64,000 nt of DNA from Myxococcota bacterium (GTDB lineage: Bacteria > Myxococcota > Kuafuiibacteriia > Kuafuiibacteriales > Kuafuiibacteriaceae), in contig CBDCWQ010000023.1 in the NCBI GenBank assembly GCA_965223435.1, forward strand, positions 504,752 to 568,751. Reading direction: 5' to 3'. Shown piece after piece: positions 25,298 to 34,351 of the stretch. The position numbers and the translations under genes are program-made. Under the pieces are notes generated by a model, which worked only from the letters and a program-made list of their open reading frames with translations, did no database searches and was not told where the DNA came from. How positions within the stretch are numbered: position 1 is the first letter of the stretch; every line of letters starts with the position of its first letter.

Positions 25298-28200
25298 CTA
25301 CGTTTTGGGTTTGTTCCGTGGGCGGGGCGGCACGGCTGGTGGCTTGAGGGGCTTGCTCACGGGTCGAGCCTCGATGGGGTCTTCATCCGGCCTGGGTTTG
25401 GGGCGACGGGAGGCCGGCTCTTTGACGCTCGGCGGGCCCGCAGGGGGAACCGGGCGGGTAGGGTGTTCGGTCTCAGTCGCCTCCGGTGGGGGGCTGAAAA
25501 GCGCACCTTGGAATCGATTGTTCCGCGTGGGGTCGAGGGCGTTGAGTTTCAAGATTTCGATCAAATCTTTGAGCGGTTTCCCCATGCTGCGAATTTCTTC
25601 GATATTGGCCAAAGAGGCTCGAAGGAGGGGGGCGAGTGTATTCTCGAACCGATCCGTTTGGCTTTTGAGTACTTTTTGAATCTCTTGGGGGGTTTTGTGC
25701 TCCAGTTCTACTTTGAGCTGGGGCTGCGCCAAGGCGCTGACCGCTTCGTCGAGACGCGCCAAGTGTGACGAAATCCAAGGCTGATCCTCACCCTCCGAAC
25801 CTCTTTGGTCTACGGCGGAGGCCAGCTGAGTGCGGATGCCATCCAGGTGTTCGCCGAGGCCGCTGAGCGTCGAGGTGACCCGGGTCACAGGGTCGTCGTC
25901 TTTTCCTCCGGACAGTTTGAGCCGCTTAAAGTCCTTTTTGATGCTGGTCCACCGGGTGTCTTCTTCTTCGCTCAAGCTTTGGCGAAGTTCTCCGAGTTTG
26001 AGCAGGTTGTGTTCGGCGCCGGTCGTCAGCGTTTGTGCTTCTCCGAGGTAGTGGTCTCGAATCAAGGCATCAAGTTCGTTTTCGTTCATGACCGCCACGA
26101 TTTTCTCCGCCAGCTTGTTCATGTTTCGATAACTCCCTTGAAGCTTAAAAGGCGGTTCGGTCCGAAAGGCATCATCCATCGACGCGGAACGGATGTACTC
26201 CGCGTTCACCTTGAGCAGCGTCTCTTGAGCCACAAACAATCGCTTGATGACCTTGATGCTTTCCTCAATCTCCAGCCTCGAGTAGTTGTGAGAAAATTCA
26301 GTTTCCGGAACATCTTCGCCTTTGGCAATGCGAATCAGAACATGCACGTCGTCAAGAGAACGGGTGGCCATCGGCGCCAACGCCGGGTTCGAGGTCAGAC
26401 AATTTTCGATGTAGCTGAGCGCAAAGAGATGATCTTGACCGTCGAGAATATCCCCTAGATTGTAAACGTCAGCACGGTTCGCCAGCATGTCGGGAATCTG
26501 AAATTTGTCGCCAGACTCCGTGTAGGGGTTGCCGGCCATGACGACGCAGAACTTTTTTCCGCGAAGGTCATAGGTACGGGTCCGGCCATTCCACACACCC
26601 TCGATTCTTCGTTGAGCATCACATAGTGAAATGAACTTTTGCAGGAGCTCGGGATTGGTATGCTGAATGTCGTCGAGATAGAGCATGACATTGTTGCCCA
26701 TCTCCAGTGCAAGATTGATCTTTTCGACCTCTTGTCTGGAAGTGGCGTTGGGTGCTTCGTCGGGGTCGAGCGAAATGACAGAATGACCCAGCGAGGGTCC
26801 ATTGACCTTCATGAACACCATGCCCAAACGCGAGGCCATGTATTCCATCAACGTCGTTTTCCCATAACCGGGCGGGGAAATGAGGAGCAGCATTCCCATC
26901 AGATCGGTGCGCTTGGTCTTTCCGCTGGCCCCCAGTTGTTTCGCGAGGTTGTCCCCGAGAAGCGGCAAGTAGACGTCGTTGATCAAGCGGTTGCGCACAA
27001 ACGACGAAAGAACCCTGGGCTTGAATTCATCGATGCGGAGCTGGTGCCGTTCCTTGTCGAGGAGTTCATGTCGTGCTTTGCGATAGGCGATAAATCCGGG
27101 CACATCGGTGTTGATAAAATCGTGGAGGCGCACCAGGAATTCATCGAGTCGTACCGTAAGCCGGCGATCTTGAATGCGGCGATGTTGGCCCAAAAGCCCC
27201 TGCACTTCGAGCTCGGTCAGCGCTGCACTTTCTTCGCGGTCGAGCTTGTTTTCTGTGAGCAAAAAGACCGCTGCTTCGAGCACCACGGCGGAGGCGGTTC
27301 GCTGTTCCTCCTCGGCTAAAGTCCCGATGAATGTGGTGACCCATGCGCGTGCGGTTTGGAGTCGAGCGAAAAGCGCACCCTCCATGGCTTTAAGGTCGGC
27401 CTCGAAGAGGGGCCGGGTGCCGCGTCGCTCGAGTTCGGCAAGAAGCTCGCGGGCTACCCGCACCGCTTCTTTGCTCGTGGTGAAGCGTGGTTGGGGTGCT
27501 GCAAGTTCTTCTACCAGATACTGACCTGCGATGTGGAGTTCGTTGTGGTTGGTTTCAATGCGCTCTTTTTCAAAAAATTGGGCAAGCGCCTGAGACAAGT
27601 CTTGAGCCAAAGCCGTTTCTTCGGGACTTTGCCCAAAAGCGGTGCGGAGGCGTGCGAAGCTCATGGCCCTTCGATGGAAGACATCGCGGGTTTGTTGGTC
27701 TTCGAAGTAGACCCAAAACAGAGCCGCCAGGGCGCGGGGCACGGGGGCAAACCGAAGGAGGCCTGCGGCTTTTCTCACCGAAAGGAGTTTCTCCAGTATT
27801 TTTGCGGTGTCCAGGTCGTGCAGGCCTCGCTCGTAGCCTTCGTCGTAGCGTTTTTCTGCGTAGCTTCGAATCAAGCCCAAAAGGGCCTCGGTGCTTTGGC
27901 TTGCTTCGTGAAGGGCCTCTATATTGAGGTTTTCGCGGCGCTTTTCGGCATCAAACAGAATGGATGCCGCCAAAAACTCGCCTCGGTAGACCTGGTCAGA
28001 CTCCGAAACCAACGGCCGGTTCCAATACGTTTTGGTCGACCGAAAGTCTTCGTCCGTGATGGACTCGTAAAAGTCTGTTCCCGTGAGGTGGAGGGCCATT
28101 TCGTCGTCCCTCGGGACCATGGTGAGCTCAAAAGCTTGGGTGTTGATGTTAAAACGATGTTTCCCCAGCTTGATGACCTGGTCGCCATCTTCGAACAAGT

Positions 28201-30787
28201 CCAGTTTGTCTCGCAGGTTGCGTAGTGCGTTTTGTTTGGCCGACTTGAGCTGAGAAAGAAGATCGTCTGCTTTGACGCTGTCGCCCAGCTCCAAGAGGCG
28301 CTCCGCCAACTGGCGCAATTTTAAGACCATGGCGTCCGATGCAAAATACGCGTTGAGCTCGTCTTCTTCTTTGAACGCTCGGGTGCGCCTGGCGACGCCC
28401 TCCAGGATTCGCCCCCCCGCGGTGATCATGTTTTGCGCCCTGCGCTGTCGATCATCGACCAGTTGTTGCTTTTTGCTTTCGAGGGCCTCGTATATTTCTT
28501 CTCTTTTTTGTGCCAGTTCCAGCAAGAACTCGTCAAACTCGCCGAAGCGACCTTCAAGCTCTTCGAGTTGGACCATCAGTCGGGAGAGTTCTTCGTCACA
28601 TTTTTCTGGGCTGTCTGCCATGGCCACAGCGCTCGAAACCGCCTGGGCCAAAAGTTTAAATTGAGCGCCGAACTCCGCGGTGCCTTCTCGTTTGCTGAGC
28701 TCCTTTTTCTTGGAAACCAGGGTTGCGCGGACTCGGTTGAGTTGACCAAAAACCTCGGAAATGCTCTCGAGAATTTGCGTGCGATGGGTGGTGTCTTCCA
28801 CGTTGAGACCAGACACCACCTCGGACAGAAGGTTGAGCCCATCGGTGAGTCGCGAAAGCTCCTGGTCAAAGTTTTCGGCTTCGCTCGCTTTGTCTACTTT
28901 CTCGATGCGCTCCAAAAGCTGAGAGATTTCGCCCAAGAGGGGGCCAAAAGCCTCGCCGGTCAAAAGAAAGTCGACACAGTGTTTGCTGACCTGGTCGAAT
29001 TCTTTGACCACTTCGGCTTCGAGGGCGTCGATGGCCTCGATATCGATGTACCTCACTTCGCGAAGGGTGATGAGATGCCCCCGATGTTGCCTGAGGCTGG
29101 TCATGGCTCCCAGAAAATCCGTGACCGAACGCCAATCTTCGGGCCTCGAGTCTTGCAGCAGTCGCTCTTTGTCCTCTTTCGCTTCGGTGAGGGCCTCTTG
29201 TGCCTTTCGTTTGAGCGCTTCGACTTTTTCGAATTCGTCTAAAATGAGTTCGCCATTTTTGCGAATCAGGTCGATGGTTTCCCCGAGATTCTCTACTTCA
29301 TCGTTGTCGAGCCAGTAGTAGGCATCGCGGGCGCGCACGGTCGCCGCCAGAAGGTCTTCGTAGCTTTGACGAGAGGGCGTTTTGGTCTCGATGAGTCGGC
29401 GCATGCCGTACGCATCCGAAATGCCGCGGACCAAATCCCGGTTTCCCACTTTACCCAGGTACGAGTTGTCGGTGGGCACCTCGGCGGCGTGTTCATCGGA
29501 GACAAACGGCGTCTGCCAAATCTGCATGGGATGAACACGCGTTGGTTCATCTGAGGCCGATCGAAAGACGAGCATATTTCCGTCTTCGAAAAGCGTAAAT
29601 CCATGACACGCAATGGGGTTTTGCACTTCTTTTCGTATCAAGTTGTAGGGAAGCAAGAGGTATCGGCCGTCGTTTTGGTGATAGAAGACGTAAAGCACAT
29701 CTTCGCCGTTCGGGGAGCGAATGGACTGCTTGAATTGGAATTCACGGGTATCGCCCCCAAAAAGCTTGGTGTCTCCGTCCTGAAGGAAGTACCCACCCGG
29801 AAACACGATGCCGTGATCCTCGGGGAGTTGCACGCATGCTTGCCCGATGGCATCGATGCGCGTGGCCTTTTTGGTTCGGGTATTGAACACCAAATAACGC
29901 CAGGTCTCTTCTTGGTAGGGAAGGACCTTGAGAAGAATGAGTCCTCCGACCTTGGCGTAGTGAAACTCGCCGTCATCGAGAGATTGGCGCGGATCCTCTA
30001 CGGGCTCTCGGTAGATGCCTTGTCCGTCTTCGGTGTTGTTTTCTATTTTGATGGTGAGATCGCCGCCCACCGTTTCAACAAAACACTCGTCGAGTATGGA
30101 TACGTGGGGGTGGCGGCCGGATACATGGTCTTCTCGCGTGGTCGGTGTCCATTCGAAGTCGTGTGAAGGGGGAAAGATGTGATCTTCGTCGCCCCGGTTG
30201 TCGAGGTATTTGACTTGGTCGTTGACGTCGACGGCAAAGCGAAAAGCCTTGATGTCGGTGATTGCGCGGCCAATCTGAAAAACGAGGAGGAGCCTCCCCT
30301 CCGTTCTTCGAACCTGTATCAGTTTGGAATCTTTGTAATAGCGGTAGAGTTCCTTGAAGTCTTTTTGAAACCCGCTGTCCGCAAGGAGACCGGCCACCGA
30401 ATCTTCCGGTGCATCTTTTATGACGAAGCTTCCGTCTTCGTGTGCACGAAAACTGTGCAAGCTGAAGACGTCGGCGACACGCGTTTCGGTCTTGAGGCCG
30501 ATGTATACGTTGTAGCCAAAAAGCAGCGTGCCGCCGATGTTGACGATGTCTCGGGGAACGCAGTTGTTTTCGGTGCGCACCCGCTCGTTGCCCAGGACCG
30601 TAAGCTCGGTTCCGCCAAAGGTTTCTTTTCGCTTCTTGTTGAGGGCATCTACTTTTTTTGCCAAGCGTGCGCCTTCTTCAAGCAAGCGCCGATGGAGGAC
30701 CTCGTAGCTTCCGCCCTCGAGTGCACCATGTTTGCCGGAGTTTTCTTCGGCGGGGTTCTCGACGTTTGCGTCGCTGGCCATGCTCAA
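25298..30787 (-). CDS. Giant (1829 aa) AAA+ ATPase of the MoxR/dynein-related AAA_5 type. It has a large N-terminal region, central coiled coils, and a Pro/Lys-rich C-terminal tail. It is co-oriented downstream of the flotillin gene.
   Basis: Walker A is LLLISPPGYGKTTLMEY and Walker B is NVMLYLDDIQH; sensor/arginine regions follow (KFCVVMAGNPYTESG; RADVYNLGD). Long heptad-like Glu/Lys stretches occupy the middle. The C-terminus reads RPVPPAGPPSVKEPASRRPKPRPDEDPIEARPVSKPLKPPAVPPRPRNKPKT. Confidence 0.75.
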   Translation of the reverse strand: MSMASDANVENPAEENSGKHGALEGGSYEVLHRRLLEEGARLAKKVDALNKKRKETFGGTELTVLGNERVRTENNCVPRDIVNIGGTLLFGYNVYIGLKTETRVADVFSLHSFRAHEDGSFVIKDAPEDSVAGLLADSGFQKDFKELYRYYKDSKLIQVRRTEGRLLLVFQIGRAITDIKAFRFAVDVNDQVKYLDNRGDEDHIFPPSHDFEWTPTTREDHVSGRHPHVSILDECFVETVGGDLTIKIENNTEDGQGIYREPVEDPRQSLDDGEFHYAKVGGLILLKVLPYQEETWRYLVFNTRTKKATRIDAIGQACVQLPEDHGIVFPGGYFLQDGDTKLFGGDTREFQFKQSIRSPNGEDVLYVFYHQNDGRYLLLPYNLIRKEVQNPIACHGFTLFEDGNMLVFRSASDEPTRVHPMQIWQTPFVSDEHAAEVPTDNSYLGKVGNRDLVRGISDAYGMRRLIETKTPSRQSYEDLLAATVRARDAYYWLDNDEVENLGETIDLIRKNGELILDEFEKVEALKRKAQEALTEAKEDKERLLQDSRPEDWRSVTDFLGAMTSLRQHRGHLITLREVRYIDIEAIDALEAEVVKEFDQVSKHCVDFLLTGEAFGPLLGEISQLLERIEKVDKASEAENFDQELSRLTDGLNLLSEVVSGLNVEDTTHRTQILESISEVFGQLNRVRATLVSKKKELSKREGTAEFGAQFKLLAQAVSSAVAMADSPEKCDEELSRLMVQLEELEGRFGEFDEFLLELAQKREEIYEALESKKQQLVDDRQRRAQNMITAGGRILEGVARRTRAFKEEDELNAYFASDAMVLKLRQLAERLLELGDSVKADDLLSQLKSAKQNALRNLRDKLDLFEDGDQVIKLGKHRFNINTQAFELTMVPRDDEMALHLTGTDFYESITDEDFRSTKTYWNRPLVSESDQVYRGEFLAASILFDAEKRRENLNIEALHEASQSTEALLGLIRSYAEKRYDEGYERGLHDLDTAKILEKLLSVRKAAGLLRFAPVPRALAALFWVYFEDQQTRDVFHRRAMSFARLRTAFGQSPEETALAQDLSQALAQFFEKERIETNHNELHIAGQYLVEELAAPQPRFTTSKEAVRVARELLAELERRGTRPLFEADLKAMEGALFARLQTARAWVTTFIGTLAEEEQRTASAVVLEAAVFLLTENKLDREESAALTELEVQGLLGQHRRIQDRRLTVRLDEFLVRLHDFINTDVPGFIAYRKARHELLDKERHQLRIDEFKPRVLSSFVRNRLINDVYLPLLGDNLAKQLGASGKTKRTDLMGMLLLISPPGYGKTTLMEYMASRLGMVFMKVNGPSLGHSVISLDPDEAPNATSRQEVEKINLALEMGNNVMLYLDDIQHTNPELLQKFISLCDAQRRIEGVWNGRTRTYDLRGKKFCVVMAGNPYTESGDKFQIPDMLANRADVYNLGDILDGQDHLFALSYIENCLTSNPALAPMATRSLDDVHVLIRIAKGEDVPETEFSHNYSRLEIEESIKVIKRLFVAQETLLKVNAEYIRSASMDDAFRTEPPFKLQGSYRNMNKLAEKIVAVMNENELDALIRDHYLGEAQTLTTGAEHNLLKLGELRQSLSEEEDTRWTSIKKDFKRLKLSGGKDDDPVTRVTSTLSGLGEHLDGIRTQLASAVDQRGSEGEDQPWISSHLARLDEAVSALAQPQLKVELEHKTPQEIQKVLKSQTDRFENTLAPLLRASLANIEEIRSMGKPLKDLIEILKLNALDPTRNNRFQGALFSPPPEATETEHPTRPVPPAGPPSVKEPASRRPKPRPDEDPIEARPVSKPLKPPAVPPRPRNKPKT

Positions 30788-30958
30788 ACCTCTTCTTTTG
30801 CTGCTGTCGTGGATGGCTGCCCGAAAGGGGCGGCAAGAGAAGAGGCCGCGGTGGTCTTAAACACGAACCCTTGACCGCTCATCCTCTTCCTCCTGCCATC
30901 GGCTGAGGCCGTCCGCCCTTGTTGAATCGCTTTGGGCCTCTTGCAAAAGATCCTCAGA

Positions 30959-33043
30959 TCAATTGCTGGTCTTATCTACGCCGAGTTCTTTCGCTTTGTT
31001 CAGCAAGTTCTCGAGCTTCGTCTTCATGGGTTCGTCTGCGTTGAGCATCATCTTGCCCAAAAAGGCGGAGACACTCAGATTCTGGAGATCCTTGGTCGAG
31101 ATGTTGGTGTTTTGCAAGGTTTGCAGAAGCTCTTCCGGTAGACTGGCCTGTCCGTTGAGGTAGTCTCCGAGGAGGTTTTGCACCTTGGTGCTGTTGTCGA
31201 AGAAACCGTCCACCGACTGTCCCACCGACACCGCGTTGATGAAGCGTTCGAAGAATTGACCGTCACCACCAACGATGTTGATTTTGGCTTGGTCAAATGC
31301 CTCTTTGAGGATTTGAGCGCGCGAATCCGCGATGTCGCGACGAACATTGAGGGTCGCAAGCTCGACTTCTTTGTCCTTTTCCAGCCGGATCCGGAACTCC
31401 TCGTGCTCTCGTCCTACACCATCAAGAGCCTTCATGGCGTCTGCCTTTTTCTTGAGGCCGATGGCCTCTGCGGACAGCTTCTTTTCAATCGCGATCGCCT
31501 CGGCGAGGCCCATTTTCTCGAGCGCGATGGCTTCTGCTTCACGCACCCGCGCTTGAGCGAGCCCCTGTTGTTCTTCGCCTCGGGCGTTGGCTTCGAGTTT
31601 TTCTTGAATGACCTTGGCTTGGGCTGTGCCCTCTTTTTCGATGGCAACCGCATCGGCTTCTTTGACCCGCACCTTGGCCAGGCCGGTGGCAGCTTCCTCG
31701 GCCTGAACGCCTTCGGCGAGTCGAATTTTTGCTTTGGCCTTTCGGTCGGAAGCCTCAAGCTCCGCGTCTGCGAGGGTCAGTTTTTCTTTGGCGGCGAACA
31801 CTGCAACTTGTTGTTGCGCTTCGGCAGCCTTGATCTCTTTCACAAGACCCTCTTGGGCTTCGGCTTCGGCACCGGTGACGGCCACTTCCTTGTTTCGTTT
31901 GGCTTCAGCGATTGCGCGTAAGTCTTTGATGCGCTCTTCTTCTTCGGCCACGGTCTTTTCGACTGCAATGCGGCCCCGAATGACGTCTGCGATGGCCTTC
32001 TTTTCGACCTCGACCTCTTTTTCTTTGGCGATGCGGTTGAGCTCCACTTCGCGCTCGCGGGTGATTTGCTCGAGGGCGCGGTCTTTTTCGACACGCTCTG
32101 TTTCTACGGCGATGACACGCTCTTTGTTCTTGGCCGCAACCGCGACTTGCCGGTCTTTGGCCTCTTCGCTTACTTTGACTTCTTCTTCGGCCTTAAGCTG
32201 TGCCACCTGCGCCTTTCGGTATTCCTCGGCCTGGACTTTTTTGGTCTCGGCTTGCTCCCGCGCCTGCATGGTGGCGATTTCTCGGTGCTGTTTTGCGATG
32301 GCGTCAGCCTCTTGCCTTTTGAGCGCCAACACTGCTTCTTCGGCTTCCACGTCTTGCTTGGTGATGGCCTTTCGTTCCGCTTGCCTGAGCTCGTTGGTCT
32401 GCACGTTCTGGGTTGCGGTCAGTTCGGTGATTTTGCGAATGCCTTGGGCGTCGAGGATGTTGTCCTTGTCGAGGGCTTCAACGGGGGTTTGCTCGAGGTA
32501 GTCGATGGCCGCATCTTCGAGTGAGTATCCGTTCAGGTTCTCGCCAATCTCTCGAATGATTTGGTCACGAAAGTCGTCTCGCTGGGTGTACAGCTCGACA
32601 AAGTCAAGTTGCTTGCCAACGGTCTTGAGGGCTTCAGAGAATTTCGCCTGAAAAAGCTCTTCCAGTGTGTCTTGGTCCGACGCGCGGGCGCAGCCCACCT
32701 GTTGGGCCACTTTCAACACGTGCTCTTTGGCTTTGTTGACTTTCACAAAGAAGGTGACCTTGATGTCCGCCCGGATGTTGTCCTTACAGATGAGGCCTTC
32801 TTTCCCTCGGCGATCGATTTCGATGGTCTTGACCGAAATATCCATCACTTCTGCCCGATGGAAGATGGGAAGAACCAAGCCGCCCGTGAAGGTCACGTTG
32901 GGTTCTTTTCGGACCTTGTTGATGATCAGTGCTCGACCCTGCTCAACCTTTCGGTAGGATCGGACAAAGAGGATGGCGAACCCAACGGCCATCATGCTCA
33001 ACATAATACCGGTTATCACGAGTGGGATGACATATTGTGGCAT
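30959..33043 (-). CDS. Flotillin-family SPFH/band-7 protein (YqiK/FloT-like), 694 aa
   Basis: The N-terminus has a TM anchor (VIPLVITGIMLSMMAVGFAILFV), then an SPFH domain (QGRALIINKV...VLPIFHRAEVMDISVKTIEI...GLICKDNIRADIKVTFFV). A very long Glu/Ala/Lys-rich coiled coil follows (EA repeats: AEEAVLALKRQEADAIAKQHRE...), ending in the flotillin C-terminal region. Confidence 0.85.
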   Translation of the reverse strand: MPQYVIPLVITGIMLSMMAVGFAILFVRSYRKVEQGRALIINKVRKEPNVTFTGGLVLPIFHRAEVMDISVKTIEIDRRGKEGLICKDNIRADIKVTFFVKVNKAKEHVLKVAQQVGCARASDQDTLEELFQAKFSEALKTVGKQLDFVELYTQRDDFRDQIIREIGENLNGYSLEDAAIDYLEQTPVEALDKDNILDAQGIRKITELTATQNVQTNELRQAERKAITKQDVEAEEAVLALKRQEADAIAKQHREIATMQAREQAETKKVQAEEYRKAQVAQLKAEEEVKVSEEAKDRQVAVAAKNKERVIAVETERVEKDRALEQITREREVELNRIAKEKEVEVEKKAIADVIRGRIAVEKTVAEEEERIKDLRAIAEAKRNKEVAVTGAEAEAQEGLVKEIKAAEAQQQVAVFAAKEKLTLADAELEASDRKAKAKIRLAEGVQAEEAATGLAKVRVKEADAVAIEKEGTAQAKVIQEKLEANARGEEQQGLAQARVREAEAIALEKMGLAEAIAIEKKLSAEAIGLKKKADAMKALDGVGREHEEFRIRLEKDKEVELATLNVRRDIADSRAQILKEAFDQAKINIVGGDGQFFERFINAVSVGQSVDGFFDNSTKVQNLLGDYLNGQASLPEELLQTLQNTNISTKDLQNLSVSAFLGKMMLNADEPMKTKLENLLNKAKELGVDKTSN

Positions 33044-33181
33044 CTCAGAAACTTCCTTTCTTCAGCCCACCACGTCGGTTAAGAGATGAACTGTTTTCTT
33101 GCGGGCGTAGGTCCCGGGTTGGCGTGCCCAACACGCCCCGAAAACGTGTTGAGAACAGCCCGTATGATGGACGGTAGGTCA

Positions 33182-34138
33182 TCATGAGGGCTCCCGCTCG
33201 CTTTTTGGGAGACTTCGTCTTCCGGCGATCTCGTGCGAGGCTTGAGGCGCTGCGCCCGTCTGGACGCTCTTGCCTTCTTGCTCTTGGACAAGGGGCTCAA
33301 TGCGAAAGATATCCCGCGTGCGATCAAATGCGATGACCAATGCTTGGTCACCCTTTTTGAGAGTGTTGGTTTTGTCGTGTCGAACTTGAACCAGCATTTC
33401 GGAACTGCCTTCTCCGACGATGGCCTGGCCAAAGCGTCCATCTACACTCCCCGTTGTGATTCGGCAGGTTTTTCCGACGAGGTCTTGTAGACGGTCGGCA
33501 TCGAAGGTGGCGAAGAGCGGCCCGATGGGGTGGGTGATGAGCGAGGTCAGGGGGATGGCACTGGCCGCGGCTCCGAAGAATACACTGCCCTTGAGCAGCC
33601 ACTCGGGAACCATGCCCTCGGCCAGGGGCGTAAGAAAATGCATGCCAAAGTACGAGACCAGCCACGCGCTGAGTGCGAGCATGCTGAAGACGATCGTCAC
33701 CGGCGCCTTTCGCAGCCCGAGCAGACTGAGAAGCCCAAATGCGGAAAGACCTTGATGCGCGGCCTCGATGGCGTTGCCAGCGCCCTCTGCCGCCCCTTCG
33801 GCGATCCCTTCCGCAGCGCCCTCCGCAAGCCCTTCGGCGGCGCCTTCCGCAAGCCCTTCCGCAGCCCCTTCTGCAAGTCCTTCCGCGGCCCCTTCCGCAA
33901 ACCCCTCGGCGAGTCCTTCGGCAGCGCCTTCAGCGATGCCCTCGGCTGCACCGTCCGCGAGCCCGTGGCCCATGCCGTCGACCGAGTGAAGAAAATCCAT
34001 GTCAAGGGCCCCAACGAGAACAAACACCCAATACACAAAGGCCAGCGCCAAGAAGCCGGTAAAAACGACGGTGGGGAAGGCCACGATGTTGTGCAAAAAT
34101 TCACTCATCTCAATTGGGCACCCGCGGCGCCCGGCCAC
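33182..34138 (-). CDS. NfeD/YqiJ-like membrane protein (flotillin partner) with an internal (AEGx)n tandem repeat and a C-terminal OB-fold. The likely start is ATG 34108 (MSEFLHN...).
   Basis: TM helices are present (IVAFPTVVFTGFLALAFVYWVFVLVGAL; VTIVFSMLALSAWLVSYFG). The C-terminal NfeD beta-barrel reads GKTCRITTGSVDGRFGQAIV...LVQVRHD...LKKGDQALVIAFD. The gene sits 138 bp upstream of the flotillin gene on the same strand, matching the yqiJ-yqiK arrangement. Confidence 0.75.
   Translation of the reverse strand: MAGRRGCPIEMSEFLHNIVAFPTVVFTGFLALAFVYWVFVLVGALDMDFLHSVDGMGHGLADGAAEGIAEGAAEGLAEGFAEGAAEGLAEGAAEGLAEGAAEGLAEGAAEGIAEGAAEGAGNAIEAAHQGLSAFGLLSLLGLRKAPVTIVFSMLALSAWLVSYFGMHFLTPLAEGMVPEWLLKGSVFFGAAASAIPLTSLITHPIGPLFATFDADRLQDLVGKTCRITTGSVDGRFGQAIVGEGSSEMLVQVRHDKTNTLKKGDQALVIAFDRTRDIFRIEPLVQEQEGKSVQTGAAPQASHEIAGRRSLPKSEREPS
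33770..33960. repeat. About 15 tandem copies of a 12-nt unit encoding AEG(L/I/A) within the NfeD-like gene, on the minus coding strand
   Basis: The encoded protein stretch is DGAAEGIAEGAAEGLAEGFAEGAAEGLAEGAAEGLAEGAAEGLAEGAAEGIAEGAAEGAG. The DNA repeats units gccccttccgca / agcccttccgca. Three other-frame ORFs (33697..34104, 33739..34062, 33768..33989) are artefacts of this repeat. Confidence 0.7.
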
Positions 34139-34351
34139 GGTGCTTCCTGCGATGCGGTTTCTATCATGAGAAGCACCAAAACGAGTTGGTCTAGATCTCT
34201 TCGCCCAAAATCGGTCAGGCCCGGCGCTTTTTCGGCGTTTTCTCGGTGACCCTGGCAGAAAACCCTAGCATGGGGCGGGCCTACACCTTGAGGCCGTCCA
34301 AGAAGGGAAGCGCGGCGTGGATTCCAGGCCCGGGCATCCGATAGACTTCTG

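Noticed and set aside
33697-34104. ORFs 33697..34104(-), 33739..34062(+), 33768..33989(+) encoding PSAAPSA / PKGLRKG repeats
   Set aside because: They are alternative-frame translations of the 12-nt AEGx tandem repeat inside the NfeD-like gene.
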